Shown here in pieces: positions 9,401 to 19,793 of a stretch of 64,000 nt of DNA. The stretch spans positions 320,001-384,000 of the forward strand of contig CAVQUB010000002.1 of the NCBI GenBank assembly GCA_963716725.1, in the 5' to 3' direction. Both the position numbers and the translations under genes were made by a program. The DNA comes from an uncultured delta proteobacterium (lineage in GTDB: Bacteria; Myxococcota_A; Polyangia; Polyangiales; Polyangiaceae). The notes under the pieces were generated by a model. That model searched no databases. It was not told the origin of the DNA and saw only the letters and a program-made list of their open reading frames with translations. The stretch's first letter is position 1, and each line of letters opens with the position of its first letter.

Positions 9401-11744
9401 CAACGCCGCCGTTCAGCTCCTCGAACGCGAGATCGGCGAGACCGACGGCGATCGCGCCAAGGCCAAGCTGGCCGGCGAGATGTCGATTCTGTTCCGCGAT
9501 CGACTCAAGGACGAGAAGCGCGCTGAAGAGGCCGCCAAGCGCGCCATCGCCTTCGACCCGACCAACCTGCAGGGCCTGATGGTACTGGGCGAGCTCGCCT
9601 TCGAAGCCAAGCGCTTCCTCGAAGCCGCGAACCACCTCGGCTTGATCGCCGAGCGCGCCGGCAGCCTCGACAAGAAGGACGCAGTCCGCATCCTGGTTCA
9701 TTTCGTGGACGCGCTCAGCCAGACCGGATCCACGGAGCAGGCGCTGGCGCCAATGGACACCCTGGTGCGCATCGCGCCGGACGACGCCGAGGCCATCGGT
9801 CGCGTGGCGGCGGTGACCTTCGAGCACGGCTCCCCGACCCGCGCCGCCGAGCTCTACAAAGATCTGCTCGATCGCTTCGGCAAGCAGCAGAAGGGCAAGG
9901 ACCGCGCGCTCAGTCTGTATCGCTTCGGCGAGTCGCTGCGCCGCGCGAATGATCTGGATGCAGCCCTCGCGCCCCTGGAGGAAGCAGCCGAACTCGACCC
10001 CTCACTGCCGGACCCCCTGGAGGCGCTGGCGAAGTATTGGGAGACCAAGGAAGACTGGGAGAAGGTCCTCAAGGTCAAGAACCGCCACCTCGATCTGGCG
10101 ACCGGGGAAGACCGCGTGCAGATCTTGCTCGACATGGGCGATATCGCGGCGGCTCGCCTCAACGATCGCACCCGCGCGGCCAAGAGCTACGTCGCCGCGC
10201 TAGAGGACAAGCCCGATGACCGCCGGCTGCTCACGAAGTTGATGCAGCTCTACAGCGAAGAGAAGGACTGGGGGAAGCTGGTCGACGTCGTGCTTCGCCT
10301 GGCGGACTTCGTCGAGGAGCCGAAGCAGCGCGTGAAGTACCTGCACACCGCGGCGGTGGTCTGCGCACGCCAGATGGGCGACGTGGACCGCGCCCTCGAG
10401 CTTTACCACAAGGTGCTCGAGCTCGATCCGAAGCTGGACAAGGCGCTGAACGAAGCCATCGATCTCAGGCGCGAGAAGGGCGACTTCGAGGGCGTCGAGC
10501 GCCTGCTCCAACGCAAGCTCGAGACCGCCACTACCGAGAAGAGCCGCGCGGACATGTTGGCGACCTTCGCCGATCTCGCCGATCTCTACGACAAGAACCT
10601 CGGCTGGACCGACCGCGCCATCGACGCCTACGAGGCGGCGCAGACCCTCGAGCCCGACAACGCCGCGCGCCAGTCCAAGCTCGCCGAGCTGTACGCTTCG
10701 GATCCCAAGAAGTACCTCGACAAGGCCGTCTCGGCCCAACAGGTCATCTTGCGCCAGAACCCGTATCGCGCCGACACGTACAAGGCGATGCGCAAGCTCT
10801 ACACCGAGGTCAAGCAGGCCGACGCCGCCTGGGCCCTGTGCCAAGCCCTCTACGTGCTGAACCTGGCCGAGCCCGATGAAGAACGCTTCTTCAAGCGCAT
10901 GCGGCCGGAAACCGCGGCGCCCGCCCAGGCAGCCCTCAGCGACGACGACTGGCTCGCGCACCTGATGCACGCGGACGCCGATCCGCTGCTGACCAGCGTG
11001 TTCGCGCTGATCGAGCCGGCCGTGATCGCCGCCCGTGGCCAGCACTTCGAGACCCTGGGCTTCGATCGCCGCTACGCCATCGACCTGGCACGCCACCCCT
11101 ACCCCATGAGCCAGACGCTGTTCTACGCCTGCGGCGTCCTGGGCATGGAGCCGCCGCCCACCTTCCAGAACAACAACGATCCGGGCGGCCTCTCCTACCT
11201 GCACGCCTACCAACCTTCCGTCGTCTTGGGCATGGCCGCGCTCTCCGCCGACGTGCCTCCGCAGGCAGCGGCGTTCATCGCGGCGCGTCACATCACCTAC
11301 TTCCGACCGGGCATGTACGTGCGACACCTGGTCCCCAGCGGCACGGGCCTGAAGGCCTGGCTCTTCGCGGCCATCAAGATGATCGCGCCGCAGTTCCCGG
11401 TCGCCGCGGAGATGGAAGGCCCCGTCGGCGAGGCGCGTCAGGCGCTCGAGCACAGCCTGCACGGTCAGGGCAGGGACCAGCTCGCCCGCATCGTCGCCAA
11501 GCTGATCCAGTCCGGCGGCGCCCTGGACCTCAAGAAGTGGCTTGGTGGCATCGACATGACCGCCGATCGCGCGGGCTTCGTCTGCGCCCACGACCTCGAG
11601 ACCGCGGTCGAAATCATCAAGGCCAGCGACGAGAGCTCCAGCGCCGTGCCACCGCAAGAGCGGCTCAAAGAGCTGGTGCTCTACAGCGTCAGCGAGCCGT
11701 ACTTCAAGCTGCGCAAGAAGCTCGGCATCTCCGTGGATTCCTGA
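6419..11744 (+). CDS. Large EAD-like / Ser-Thr pseudokinase / TPR-repeat protein (about 1770 aa); frameshifts near 8490 and 9240
   Basis: ORFs 6419-8557, 8326-9579 and 9480-11744 join into one continuous TPR array if one base is restored at each site (DPG-HERASEAL; SK-EARAEQYLRAA). Kinase-fold motifs are LGEGRLALTY, HGDLRLENLL, DAG and APEQ...SDVYSFG. The C-terminal domain contains ADRAGFVCAHDLETA. Confidence 0.8.
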
Positions 11745-11772
11745 GCGGGAGCGCCGGCAGCCGGCCTGTCGC

Positions 11773-11804
11773 CGGGGTGCGCACCGGGATCCGGGCGCAC
11801 CCCG
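11773..11804. terminator. GC-rich hairpin between convergent genes, possible bidirectional terminator
   Basis: Perfect 10-bp inverted repeat CGGGGTGCGC / GCGCACCCCG in the 66-bp gap between stops at 11744 (+) and 11811 (-). No U-tract. Confidence 0.5.
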
Positions 11805-11810
11805 CGGAGT

Positions 11811-14800
11811 TCAACACCAGCTGCCGCAGAAGCCCACGCAGCATTTGTTGACACACTGCGCGCTCGACGTGCACGTGCCGCCATTGGCCTTCTGCGAGTA
11901 GCACTTGCCGTCGACGGCGCACCACTTGCTCGAGCTGCAGTCGCTGTGCTTCGCGCAGTTGACGCAGAGGCCAGCGGGGCACTTGCCGCTCGTGCACTCG
12001 AAACCGGCGGCGCAGGCCGCGCCGTAAGCCTTTTCGGCGTAGCACTTGCCGTCGACCGCGCACCAGGCGCTCGACGAGCAATCGCCCTGGGTCACGCAGT
12101 TGACGCAGAGGCCGGCGGGGCACTTGCCGCTCGTGCACTCGAAACCGGCGGCGCAGGCCGCGCCATAGGCCTTCTTTGCGTAGCACTTGCCGTCGACCGC
12201 GCACCAATCGCCGCCCGTGCACTGCGACTGCTGCGCGCACTCGACGCACACCTTGGCCGGACAGTTCCCGCTGGCGCATTCGAAGCCCGCGAAACACGCG
12301 GTGCCATTGCTCTGCTTGGGCTGGCACGAGCCGGTGCCTGAACACCAACTGCCGCCCGAGCAGTGCGACTGCTGGGCGCATTCGACGCAGACCCCGACGA
12401 GGCAGTTCCCGCTACTGCACTCGGCGTTCGCGCCGCAGTACTTGCCGTTGTCGGCCTTTGCGTGACACATGCCGTCGAGCAGACCGCACCACTCGCTGCC
12501 GCTGCAGTCCGCGTGCACGACGCAACCGACGCACGAAAGGAGGGGGCACTTGCCGCTGGCGCACTCGAAGCCATTGACGCACACCGCGCCGCTGGGCTTC
12601 GGCGCCTCGCAGGTGCCTAGACCGCTGCACCATTTGGGTGAGCCACAGTCCGATTGGTTCGCGCAGGCGACACACAGTCCGGCCGGGCAATTCCCGCTGG
12701 CGCACTCGAAGGCGTTCAGACAGGCCGCGCCGTTGACCTTGGGCGCTTCGCAGGTGCCCAAGCCACTGCACCAGTTCTTGCCCTGGCAGTGGGCGTTCGT
12801 GACGCACTGCACGCACAGCCCGGTCGGGCAGTGACCTGAAGCGCAGTCCTGTCCGAGCGTGCACGGGCTGCCGCCGGGGCACGCACCGCAGTCCTTCTGA
12901 CACGCCGGCTCGTCCCAGTGGCAGCTCTCGACGCCGTTGCACTTGCCGTCGCCGCACACGGACTCGCAGGTCGCGCTCGCCTCCCACGCCGTCACGCCGG
13001 CGCACAATCGCACCACGCAGGGGGCACCCTGAATGGCGGCCGCGGTCTCGCCGCAGAGCTGCTTCTTCGTCCAGTCGAAGTAGAGCATCATGCCAACCTT
13101 GCCGAGGTTGACCTGCACGCCGTCGATGGGGATCGAGCCGAAGTCCACGTCGCCTTTGGCGACCAGCGTCACTTCGTCGCCCGCCACCCGCATCAAGATA
13201 TCGGTCGTCTGTTTGCCGCCGGTGCCGAAGTACTTCAGCTCGGTCGTGTAGCGGTAGGCCCAGTCCGTGGCGGTCCTGAAGTAGCCCTGCACGTCGTGGC
13301 TCTTGATCTGCTTCCACTTCTCCAGATCGGTCCCGGGCAACAAGCTGCTGGCGGTCCTGCCGCGGAACAGGACTTCGACACCGTCCGAATCGGAGTAGGT
13401 GTACATGCTCGCCGCGGCCAGCGGGGTCGGGGTCAAATCGATGCCCACCTCGCTGCCGATGAGGGCAGCCACCTTGGCTTTCGCCGGCAGCTTCAGGTTC
13501 AGCTCGCCGACGATCATCTCGGCGATGTCGAGCTGCTTGGCCGGGATCCCGGCGAGCGACGCCGCGAGCCCTCCGATGGCCGTGTTCAGAACCAGCGGGT
13601 GAGCGAGTCCATCTCCCTTGGGGTCAAAGTCCACGATCCGCGCGACGCTCGCGGCCAGCAACTTCACGCTGGGGACCGCGGCGGTCCCCTGGATGTAACT
13701 GTGACCGCTGACCGGGCGGATCTTGCTCGTCGTCCCATCCCAGAGCGGCAGCGCGCTCTGCAGTTTCAGGGCTCCGTGGTCCGATCCGCCAATGCTGCCC
13801 ATGGACTTGGCGGCATCGTTCTGCATCGGCTTCGGCACCTGGAACAGCCAGAGCGGGTCACAGGGGTCCTGCAGGTACCGGATCAGCGTGGCGTTGGCGA
13901 TGGGCCCCGACTTGAACTCAGGGGGCGGCGGCTGGCTGGTCCATGGACCGCGAAAGGTGATGTTGTTGAGAGGATCCCCGAAGCTGAACTGGAAATACTT
14001 GCTGTCCTTGGGCACGAGCGTGAGGCCGCCGAGGGCGGCGATGGCTTCCGTGCCGGTGATGATCTCGAGCTTCGCTTTGACGGCGACGTCGAGGTCGAGG
14101 TTCATCCCGAAGGTCGGCGTGGGCAACTTCGTGGACTGGAAGCTGGCGGACACGCCGGAACCCTGCTTGGTGAGGATCAGCTTGTAGGGCGTGATCGGTA
14201 TGTCCCCGAGCGGAGTGTGGATCACCGACGGGCCACTGAGGCTGTAGCTGCCATTGCCCTCGTCCACCCATTTGTCCTTGCCGTTGGCGGGACCGATGAA
14301 CGTGGCGCACGCAAAGCCGTCGACGGGGATGAAGGAGCTCTTGGTGGGATCCGTGATGGGAGGACCGCAGACGAAGCCCTGCCCGCCCGGGACACAGGCA
14401 AGGCCCGGCGCACAATCGCCGGGCGCGGTGCACGAAGCGCCGACAGCGCAGGCCCCGCAGTCAGCCTGGCAGCTGCCGAGCGCGCAGGTCTCGCCGGAGT
14501 CGCAGACTCCGTTGCCGCACAGCCCCGAGGGCGCCAGCTGACAGCTCGAGCTGCAGGCGTCCCCCAAAACGGAATTCCCGTCGTCGCACTCCTCCCCGGC
14601 GCCGAGATTCAGCTTTCCATCTCCACACGCAGAGGTGGTGCAGTCGATGTTGCACCCCGCTGACTCGCCGCCGTCGTCGCACTGCTCGGGGGCGCTCACA
14701 TAGCTGTTGCCGCAGCCCACCGGGATCTCGATGGCGCAGGTGGCGTCGCATCCGTCGCCAGCGGCGGTGCCGCCGTCGTCGCACTGCTCGCCCGCCAAGG

Positions 14801-15047
14801 CATTCGGGATGCCGTCTCCGCAGGCGCTGACGGTGCAGTCGTGATTGCAGGTCGCGGACTGGCTGCCGTCGTCGCAGGCTTCGGCGCCCTCGACGGCTCC
14901 GTTGCCGCACTTCGCTGGCGCCGCGCCGCCACTGCCGCCGCTCCCACCCGTACCAGTGGCCGCTTCATCCTCGCCACAGGCGACCACGCCGCCGAAGCCC
15001 ACCAGTCCAATTCCGAGCACCCAGCATCCCAATGCGCGACCGTCCAT
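11811..15047 (-). CDS. Cysteine-rich repeat lipoprotein (myxobacterial disulfide repeats, a central unknown domain and C-terminal 47-aa 8-Cys repeats)
   Basis: Signal peptide with lipobox VVAC and a Gly linker. Several CG[ND]G...E.CDDG repeats (Myxococcus Cys-rich/DUF4215 type). Seven C-terminal 47-aa repeats. Confidence 0.85.
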   Translation of the reverse strand: MDGRALGCWVLGIGLVGFGGVVACGEDEAATGTGGSGGSGGAAPAKCGNGAVEGAEACDDGSQSATCNHDCTVSACGDGIPNALAGEQCDDGGTAAGDGCDATCAIEIPVGCGNSYVSAPEQCDDGGESAGCNIDCTTSACGDGKLNLGAGEECDDGNSVLGDACSSSCQLAPSGLCGNGVCDSGETCALGSCQADCGACAVGASCTAPGDCAPGLACVPGGQGFVCGPPITDPTKSSFIPVDGFACATFIGPANGKDKWVDEGNGSYSLSGPSVIHTPLGDIPITPYKLILTKQGSGVSASFQSTKLPTPTFGMNLDLDVAVKAKLEIITGTEAIAALGGLTLVPKDSKYFQFSFGDPLNNITFRGPWTSQPPPPEFKSGPIANATLIRYLQDPCDPLWLFQVPKPMQNDAAKSMGSIGGSDHGALKLQSALPLWDGTTSKIRPVSGHSYIQGTAAVPSVKLLAASVARIVDFDPKGDGLAHPLVLNTAIGGLAASLAGIPAKQLDIAEMIVGELNLKLPAKAKVAALIGSEVGIDLTPTPLAAASMYTYSDSDGVEVLFRGRTASSLLPGTDLEKWKQIKSHDVQGYFRTATDWAYRYTTELKYFGTGGKQTTDILMRVAGDEVTLVAKGDVDFGSIPIDGVQVNLGKVGMMLYFDWTKKQLCGETAAAIQGAPCVVRLCAGVTAWEASATCESVCGDGKCNGVESCHWDEPACQKDCGACPGGSPCTLGQDCASGHCPTGLCVQCVTNAHCQGKNWCSGLGTCEAPKVNGAACLNAFECASGNCPAGLCVACANQSDCGSPKWCSGLGTCEAPKPSGAVCVNGFECASGKCPLLSCVGCVVHADCSGSEWCGLLDGMCHAKADNGKYCGANAECSSGNCLVGVCVECAQQSHCSGGSWCSGTGSCQPKQSNGTACFAGFECASGNCPAKVCVECAQQSQCTGGDWCAVDGKCYAKKAYGAACAAGFECTSGKCPAGLCVNCVTQGDCSSSAWCAVDGKCYAEKAYGAACAAGFECTSGKCPAGLCVNCAKHSDCSSSKWCAVDGKCYSQKANGGTCTSSAQCVNKCCVGFCGSWC
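11892..12881 (-). repeat. Seven tandem ~141-bp coding repeats (47 aa, 8 Cys each)
   Basis: Unit such as KAYGAACAAGFECTSGKCPAGLCVNCVTQGDCSSSAWCAVDGKCYAE. gcagttgacgcagagg recurs at 11955 and 12096 (period 141). Confidence 0.9.
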
Positions 15048-15305
15048 TCATCCTCCTGGCCTCGAGCCCGATCGCGCATCATCGAGGGTCGATGGGGCTT
15101 CGCCAATGACGGAGGTCAACTCGCACGCAGTGACCAGCCACCCTCGCGGGGCTACCAAGACGTCGTTGCCGTCGGGCGCAGGCCTGGCGGTGCGGACGAT
15201 GTCGGCGAAGGAGAAGCCGCGCTTGTGCGCTTACCGCGGGGGCCGCCCCGGCGAGCACGCTGCCGCTCCGAACCCCCGGCATTGGCTCAATAGAACGCGC
15301 CGCCC

Positions 15306-16616
15306 TCAAGCGGGACGAACGACCCGAATCAGCCCGGCCTTCTCGGCCGACGCCAACGAACCCACGAGTGTCTCTGCCAAGCCATCGGGATTCGACGTCA
15401 GCTCGGGACCGCCGAGGACCCCGACGGACCGATCCCGGCCCTCGACCTTGGCGATGTACAGCGCTTGGTCGGCCAATCGCAAAGACGCCTCCCACGACAT
15501 CACGGTGGGATTCCGGTCCGAGAGGGGGTGGAGAGTCCACCCGATGGACGCCGTTTGCTTCAGGACCTTGCCGCCCGCGAGCCGAAACTCCTGCTTTCGA
15601 AGCGTCGACAGGATCCGGTTCACGACCAGCTCGACCTGGTGGCGGTCCTCCCAAGGCACGCGGAGCACCACGGCGAACTCTTCTCCACCCCAGCGGACGG
15701 CCTCGTCGCATTTGCGGATGCTTCGGGCGATGAGCGCACCGACCTCTTTCAGCACGAGATCGCCGGCGTCGTGTCCGTGTTCGTCGTTGACGCGCTTGAA
15801 ATGGTCGAGGTCGATCACGAGCAGACCGAGCGCCACGACTCGAAGCGGCTTGCGCCGGTCTTGAAACACGCAGGAGCTCTCCGCCGCCGCGGCCTCTTTG
15901 TCCAGAAGCACCCCGAAGAAGCGCCGATTGAACAGGCCGGTCAGCGGGTCGCGCAACGCTTGATCGGTGAGCTCGAGCTCGAGGACGATCGCGTGTCGAC
16001 GCAGGCGGGCTTGCTGCAGCGAGATCGCCGTGACCGTGGGCAGGTACACACACAACAGCGCGAGCAGCGTCTTCTCGCCCCAGCCGCGGTCATCGAGCGC
16101 CGTCATCACGCCCAGCGCCGTGAGGTTCGGCACGGCATACAGCAAGAACGCAACCGCGCTGGACCCCAGGCTGGACAGGCCGGCAGCGACGACGCCCGTC
16201 GCGCAGGTGGCGAGCAGCGCCGATTGCGCCGGTTCGAGCCGTGGATAGGCGACCGCCATCAGCGCACCGAGCGCGACGCCGGTGGCTCCAACGCCGACGT
16301 GGAAAGCGGCTTCCCTGCCGCGCGGGCTCGGGAACGGATTCCGCCCAGCACGGTCCAGTGAATAGAGGACCAGTCGAGCCGCGATCAGGCCAGCGAGCAC
16401 GCCGAGGGCGACTCTCACACCGAGCCCGCCCGGTCCAATCACGAAGCTCCCGATGACGACGAGCGCGACGGCCATCCCGACGTTGGATGCCATGCCCCGC
16501 TTGTAGAGATCGTCGACGATCCGGTGCTCGATCCGTGCGGCGCGCTCGGCGCTGATTGCGCCCTCACCCGCGCCCCCGCCGTCAGCGCCCGCCATCGCCG
16601 ATTTCACCCCACCCAC
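15306..16616 (-). CDS. Membrane-bound diguanylate cyclase (GGDEF domain)
   Basis: About six hydrophobic helices, then RDPLTGLFNRR, DLDHFKRVNDEHGHDAGD, RKCD (RxxD I-site) and RWGGEEF. Start may instead be ATG 16595. Confidence 0.92.
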   Translation of the reverse strand: MGGVKSAMAGADGGGAGEGAISAERAARIEHRIVDDLYKRGMASNVGMAVALVVIGSFVIGPGGLGVRVALGVLAGLIAARLVLYSLDRAGRNPFPSPRGREAAFHVGVGATGVALGALMAVAYPRLEPAQSALLATCATGVVAAGLSSLGSSAVAFLLYAVPNLTALGVMTALDDRGWGEKTLLALLCVYLPTVTAISLQQARLRRHAIVLELELTDQALRDPLTGLFNRRFFGVLLDKEAAAAESSCVFQDRRKPLRVVALGLLVIDLDHFKRVNDEHGHDAGDLVLKEVGALIARSIRKCDEAVRWGGEEFAVVLRVPWEDRHQVELVVNRILSTLRKQEFRLAGGKVLKQTASIGWTLHPLSDRNPTVMSWEASLRLADQALYIAKVEGRDRSVGVLGGPELTSNPDGLAETLVGSLASAEKAGLIRVVRPA

Positions 16617-16659
16617 TCGGCCAGCTTACACGCCCGGTCGGGACCCGCACTATCGGTAG

Positions 16660-17700
16660 TCACCGCGTCCCCGAGAACCCGCGCACCGTCCCGCGCCCCG
16701 GGCCGGCGCCGCCGGCCGAACCCAGTGGCGCGGGCTGCGCGTCCAGCTTGCCGAGCGGACCCGTGAGTCGGTAGGCATAGAAGCCGTCGGGACGCTTGGC
16801 GGTCTTGTTCTTCGGATCCAGATCGAAGAGCCCCGGCAGCGAGGACCCCGGTTCGCCGAAGAGCGCCTTCGTGGTGTCGTTCTTGGTCTTGAGCTTGTCG
16901 GCGAACTTGAAGCGAAAGCTGAGCTCCGCCAGGCTCATGTCCACGGGCTCGCGCAAGCGAATGGTGCCATCCGCGGCGAGCTCGACGTCGCTGCCGTTGG
17001 CCGCGAGCTTCTCGATCTTGAGCCGCCCCTCCGTGGCCTCGGCGATGAGTTCGAGCTCCCCCGCCTCGACGCGAGGCAGCGCGATGGTGTCACGGACCTT
17101 GGCTTTGCCATCGCCAAAGGCCAGATCCGTGATCTTCAGCGACACCTTGCCCTCGGCCTTGGAGAGCCTTGCCTCCGGCATGCGCAGGTCGATGTTTCCG
17201 CTCAGCTTGCCTTCGAGCGGCAGCCCGACGACCTCACGCATCAGGGGCAAGTCGCCGACGTTCACGCCATCGAGCTCGAGCACGAGACTCCGTGCGCCGT
17301 CCGCATCCGACGTGCTGCCGCTGAGGTTTCCCCCAAAGGCCTCGCCTCCAAACGCGATGTGCAGGGTGCCGAAGAGCAGGCGGAACAGCGAGACGCGCAG
17401 GTGGATGTCGTCCACCGTCACGACGCGCCCGTTCTCTTGCTTGCCGTCCGGCTTCTGCTCCGCCGGAGCCCCGTGCAGCTTCACGCCTTGGGCCTCGACG
17501 CCCGAGATCCAGTAGCCGCTCATCTTTTCGATTTCGAGACGGGTGCCTGCGCCAGCGGGTTGGCGGGCGTTGAACTCGGCGACGAGCCGGTCTCTGAGGC
17601 GATCGTAGGGGAAGCTCAGGAGCAGAAAGAACGTCAGCGCGACCAGGTAGAAGGTCGGAAAGAGCACCCCCTTGAGCACCTTCTTTGCGCGGGGGCTCAT
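16660..17700 (-). CDS. gspN: Type II secretion protein GspN
   Basis: N-terminal TM followed by SFPYDRLRDRL and a beta-rich body; last gene of the gsp run; ATGA overlap with gspM. Confidence 0.75.
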   Translation of the reverse strand: MSPRAKKVLKGVLFPTFYLVALTFFLLLSFPYDRLRDRLVAEFNARQPAGAGTRLEIEKMSGYWISGVEAQGVKLHGAPAEQKPDGKQENGRVVTVDDIHLRVSLFRLLFGTLHIAFGGEAFGGNLSGSTSDADGARSLVLELDGVNVGDLPLMREVVGLPLEGKLSGNIDLRMPEARLSKAEGKVSLKITDLAFGDGKAKVRDTIALPRVEAGELELIAEATEGRLKIEKLAANGSDVELAADGTIRLREPVDMSLAELSFRFKFADKLKTKNDTTKALFGEPGSSLPGLFDLDPKNKTAKRPDGFYAYRLTGPLGKLDAQPAPLGSAGGAGPGRGTVRGFSGTR

Positions 17701-18275
17701 GGTTCCACCCCGGGGTCCGGTTTGGATTCCTTCTTCTTCTCCTCGGCCTTGCGGTCGAAGGCGCTCACGATCATCTCGACGTCGTAAGAGTCCGGCTCGG
17801 TGGCTCGCTTGCGGATGTTGAGCCGAGCCACGCTCACCGGATGACCCGACTGCGCCATCTTTTCCATGAAGGTGACCAGCTTCAGCATGCCGACCTTGCG
17901 CAGCATGATCTTGGTGGAGCGCTCTTCGAAGCGTTTGCCGTGGGGGACCATCGCGCGGTCCTGGCTCTCCGGGATCTCGATCTGCACGCCGGTCGCCAGC
18001 TTCTCGAGGAAGGAAGCCAGCGGGGGGGTCACCTGGGAGTAGCGCTGGGCGAGTTGTTGCCGCTCGTGGTCACGGGCGGCGATCTGGGAGCGACTCGCCT
18101 GGATGCTCTCGACGGCCCCGCGCAGAGACTCGTTTTCGCCTCGCTTGCTCGCGAGCATCGCCGCGACGCCGGCCGGCAGCGCCAAGAGAAAGAGAGCCGC
18201 AAACACCGTGAGCAAGATGCCCAACAGCTGCCTCTCGCGGGGCTCCAGTTGCTGAATGCGATCACCTAGGGACAT
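17697..18275 (-). CDS. gspM: Type II secretion protein GspM
   Basis: LEPRERQLL + TM + coiled coil; position between gspL and gspN. Confidence 0.75.
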   Translation of the reverse strand: MSLGDRIQQLEPRERQLLGILLTVFAALFLLALPAGVAAMLASKRGENESLRGAVESIQASRSQIAARDHERQQLAQRYSQVTPPLASFLEKLATGVQIEIPESQDRAMVPHGKRFEERSTKIMLRKVGMLKLVTFMEKMAQSGHPVSVARLNIRKRATEPDSYDVEMIVSAFDRKAEEKKKESKPDPGVEP

Positions 18276-18278
18276 GAC

Positions 18279-19754
18279 TCACTCCGGCGCGGCTTCGCCG
18301 CCCTCCGTCTTCTTCTTGGCCTTCTTCTCGTCGGCACACTTGACGTCGAGCTCCAGCACGTACTTCTGGCGGTCGCTGTTGATGACCTGCGTCATCTTCG
18401 AAATCTTCACGTCGTTGTAGCAGCGCACGTTCTTCAAGTTTGCGGCGATGGTCTGGGCGTCCTCGGCCGAGCCCACCACGCCGTTGACCTTCACGTGGCC
18501 CCGCTGCACGTCCAGCTCCTCGATGTCGTGGGTCACGCTGGAAGGAACGGCCTTCGAGATCTCCACCATCACGTCGAAGGCGTCGCTCTGGGGACGCGGG
18601 TCCACTTCGTCCTTGCCCAGGCTCTTTTCCAAGAGGTTCTTGGCTTCTTCGGGATCGGTGGTCTCTTGCCCCAGCACCTGTTTGCTCAAACTGGCGAGGG
18701 CGCGCGAGAGCACTTCTTCGTCGTGCACCAGCGTGCGGAGCTCGGCCCAGGCCGCGAAGCCGAAGCTCACCAAGATCGCGACGCCGAGCCCAGTCAGGAG
18801 CGGGATCCGATCCTTGATGAAGCCGTAGCCGCGCTGAAACGCCAGCGGCCCGCGGCGCAGGTCGAGATCGCGGGCTCGCCCGCCCAGTCCTAGACCGATG
18901 GAAATCGCCTTGGCAAAACGCGGCATCGCCTCCACCAGCTCGGGCGGCACGCCCTCGACGTCCAAACGCGGCAACGGACCCACCGGCACGCCGAGCTCGT
19001 GGGCGAGGTACGCTTCGGCCCCAGGCGCGGCTGCTCCGCCACCCAGCAGATAGATCTGAGTGAGGGGCTCACCTCCCTGCGCCGCAAACGCCGCGGTGGT
19101 CTGCCGCAGCTCCGAGGCCAAGGCCGGCGCCGTCTCCGGCAGACCCGCTACTCCGCGAGACAGCGTGCGGGCGAAGACCGGCGCTCCAGCGGCGAGCACG
19201 ACGACCTCGGAGTTCTTGCCGCCGAGGTCGACCAGCGCCACCGGACCCGGCACGGCTAGCTCGGGACAGACACTGGCCAGGTTGGCTAGTGAGAGCGGTC
19301 CCACGGCCATACGTTCCACTGGCCGACCGAGCACCCGCATCACCTGATCGATGCGCGCACGAACGTGCTCGATGCGGGCTGCCGCGGCCAAGACGACCAC
19401 CGGCGCCTGACCGTCGCTGCGGCGGAGCACGCGGTAGTCGAAGACCAGCTCGTCGAAGTCCACGGGGACCTGCGCCTCGAGCTCGAAAGGAATGACCTCC
19501 GCCAGCTGCTTCATGGCCGTGCTGGGCAGCTTCAGCCGATGCAAGAAGGTCTGCTCGCCGTCCATGGCCACGGACACGGACTCGCTGTGCTGCACCAGCG
19601 GCAACGCGCAGGTCGCCAGCGCCTGCTCGGTGTCTTCTGGCGACGCGATCTCTACCTCGAGCATTCGCTCGATCGCCACGCGGCGGTAGCTGGTGCTGAG
19701 CACCACCGCTCGGACGTGCGAAGCGCGAAAGTCGATTCCTACGAGTCTTGCCAT
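18279..19754 (-). CDS. gspL: Type II secretion protein GspL (PilM-like actin fold plus PilN-like C-terminus)
   Basis: LVGIDF at the N-terminus, IPFELEAQVP, LVDLGG, IYLLGGGA, a single TM, then a periplasmic domain. Confidence 0.82.
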   Translation of the reverse strand: MARLVGIDFRASHVRAVVLSTSYRRVAIERMLEVEIASPEDTEQALATCALPLVQHSESVSVAMDGEQTFLHRLKLPSTAMKQLAEVIPFELEAQVPVDFDELVFDYRVLRRSDGQAPVVVLAAAARIEHVRARIDQVMRVLGRPVERMAVGPLSLANLASVCPELAVPGPVALVDLGGKNSEVVVLAAGAPVFARTLSRGVAGLPETAPALASELRQTTAAFAAQGGEPLTQIYLLGGGAAAPGAEAYLAHELGVPVGPLPRLDVEGVPPELVEAMPRFAKAISIGLGLGGRARDLDLRRGPLAFQRGYGFIKDRIPLLTGLGVAILVSFGFAAWAELRTLVHDEEVLSRALASLSKQVLGQETTDPEEAKNLLEKSLGKDEVDPRPQSDAFDVMVEISKAVPSSVTHDIEELDVQRGHVKVNGVVGSAEDAQTIAANLKNVRCYNDVKISKMTQVINSDRQKYVLELDVKCADEKKAKKKTEGGEAAPE

Positions 19755-19793
19755 GGGCGAATACCAATCAGTCGGACGAAGATGAAGCGCCGC

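Noticed and set aside
11892..12881. CRISPR-like periodicity
   Set aside because: The period is 141 bp, in frame and protein-coding, with no repeat-spacer structure or cas genes.
15050..15300. Possible small ORF or remnant between the DGC and the Cys-rich gene
   Set aside because: No credible start or recognisable motif; cannot be supported.
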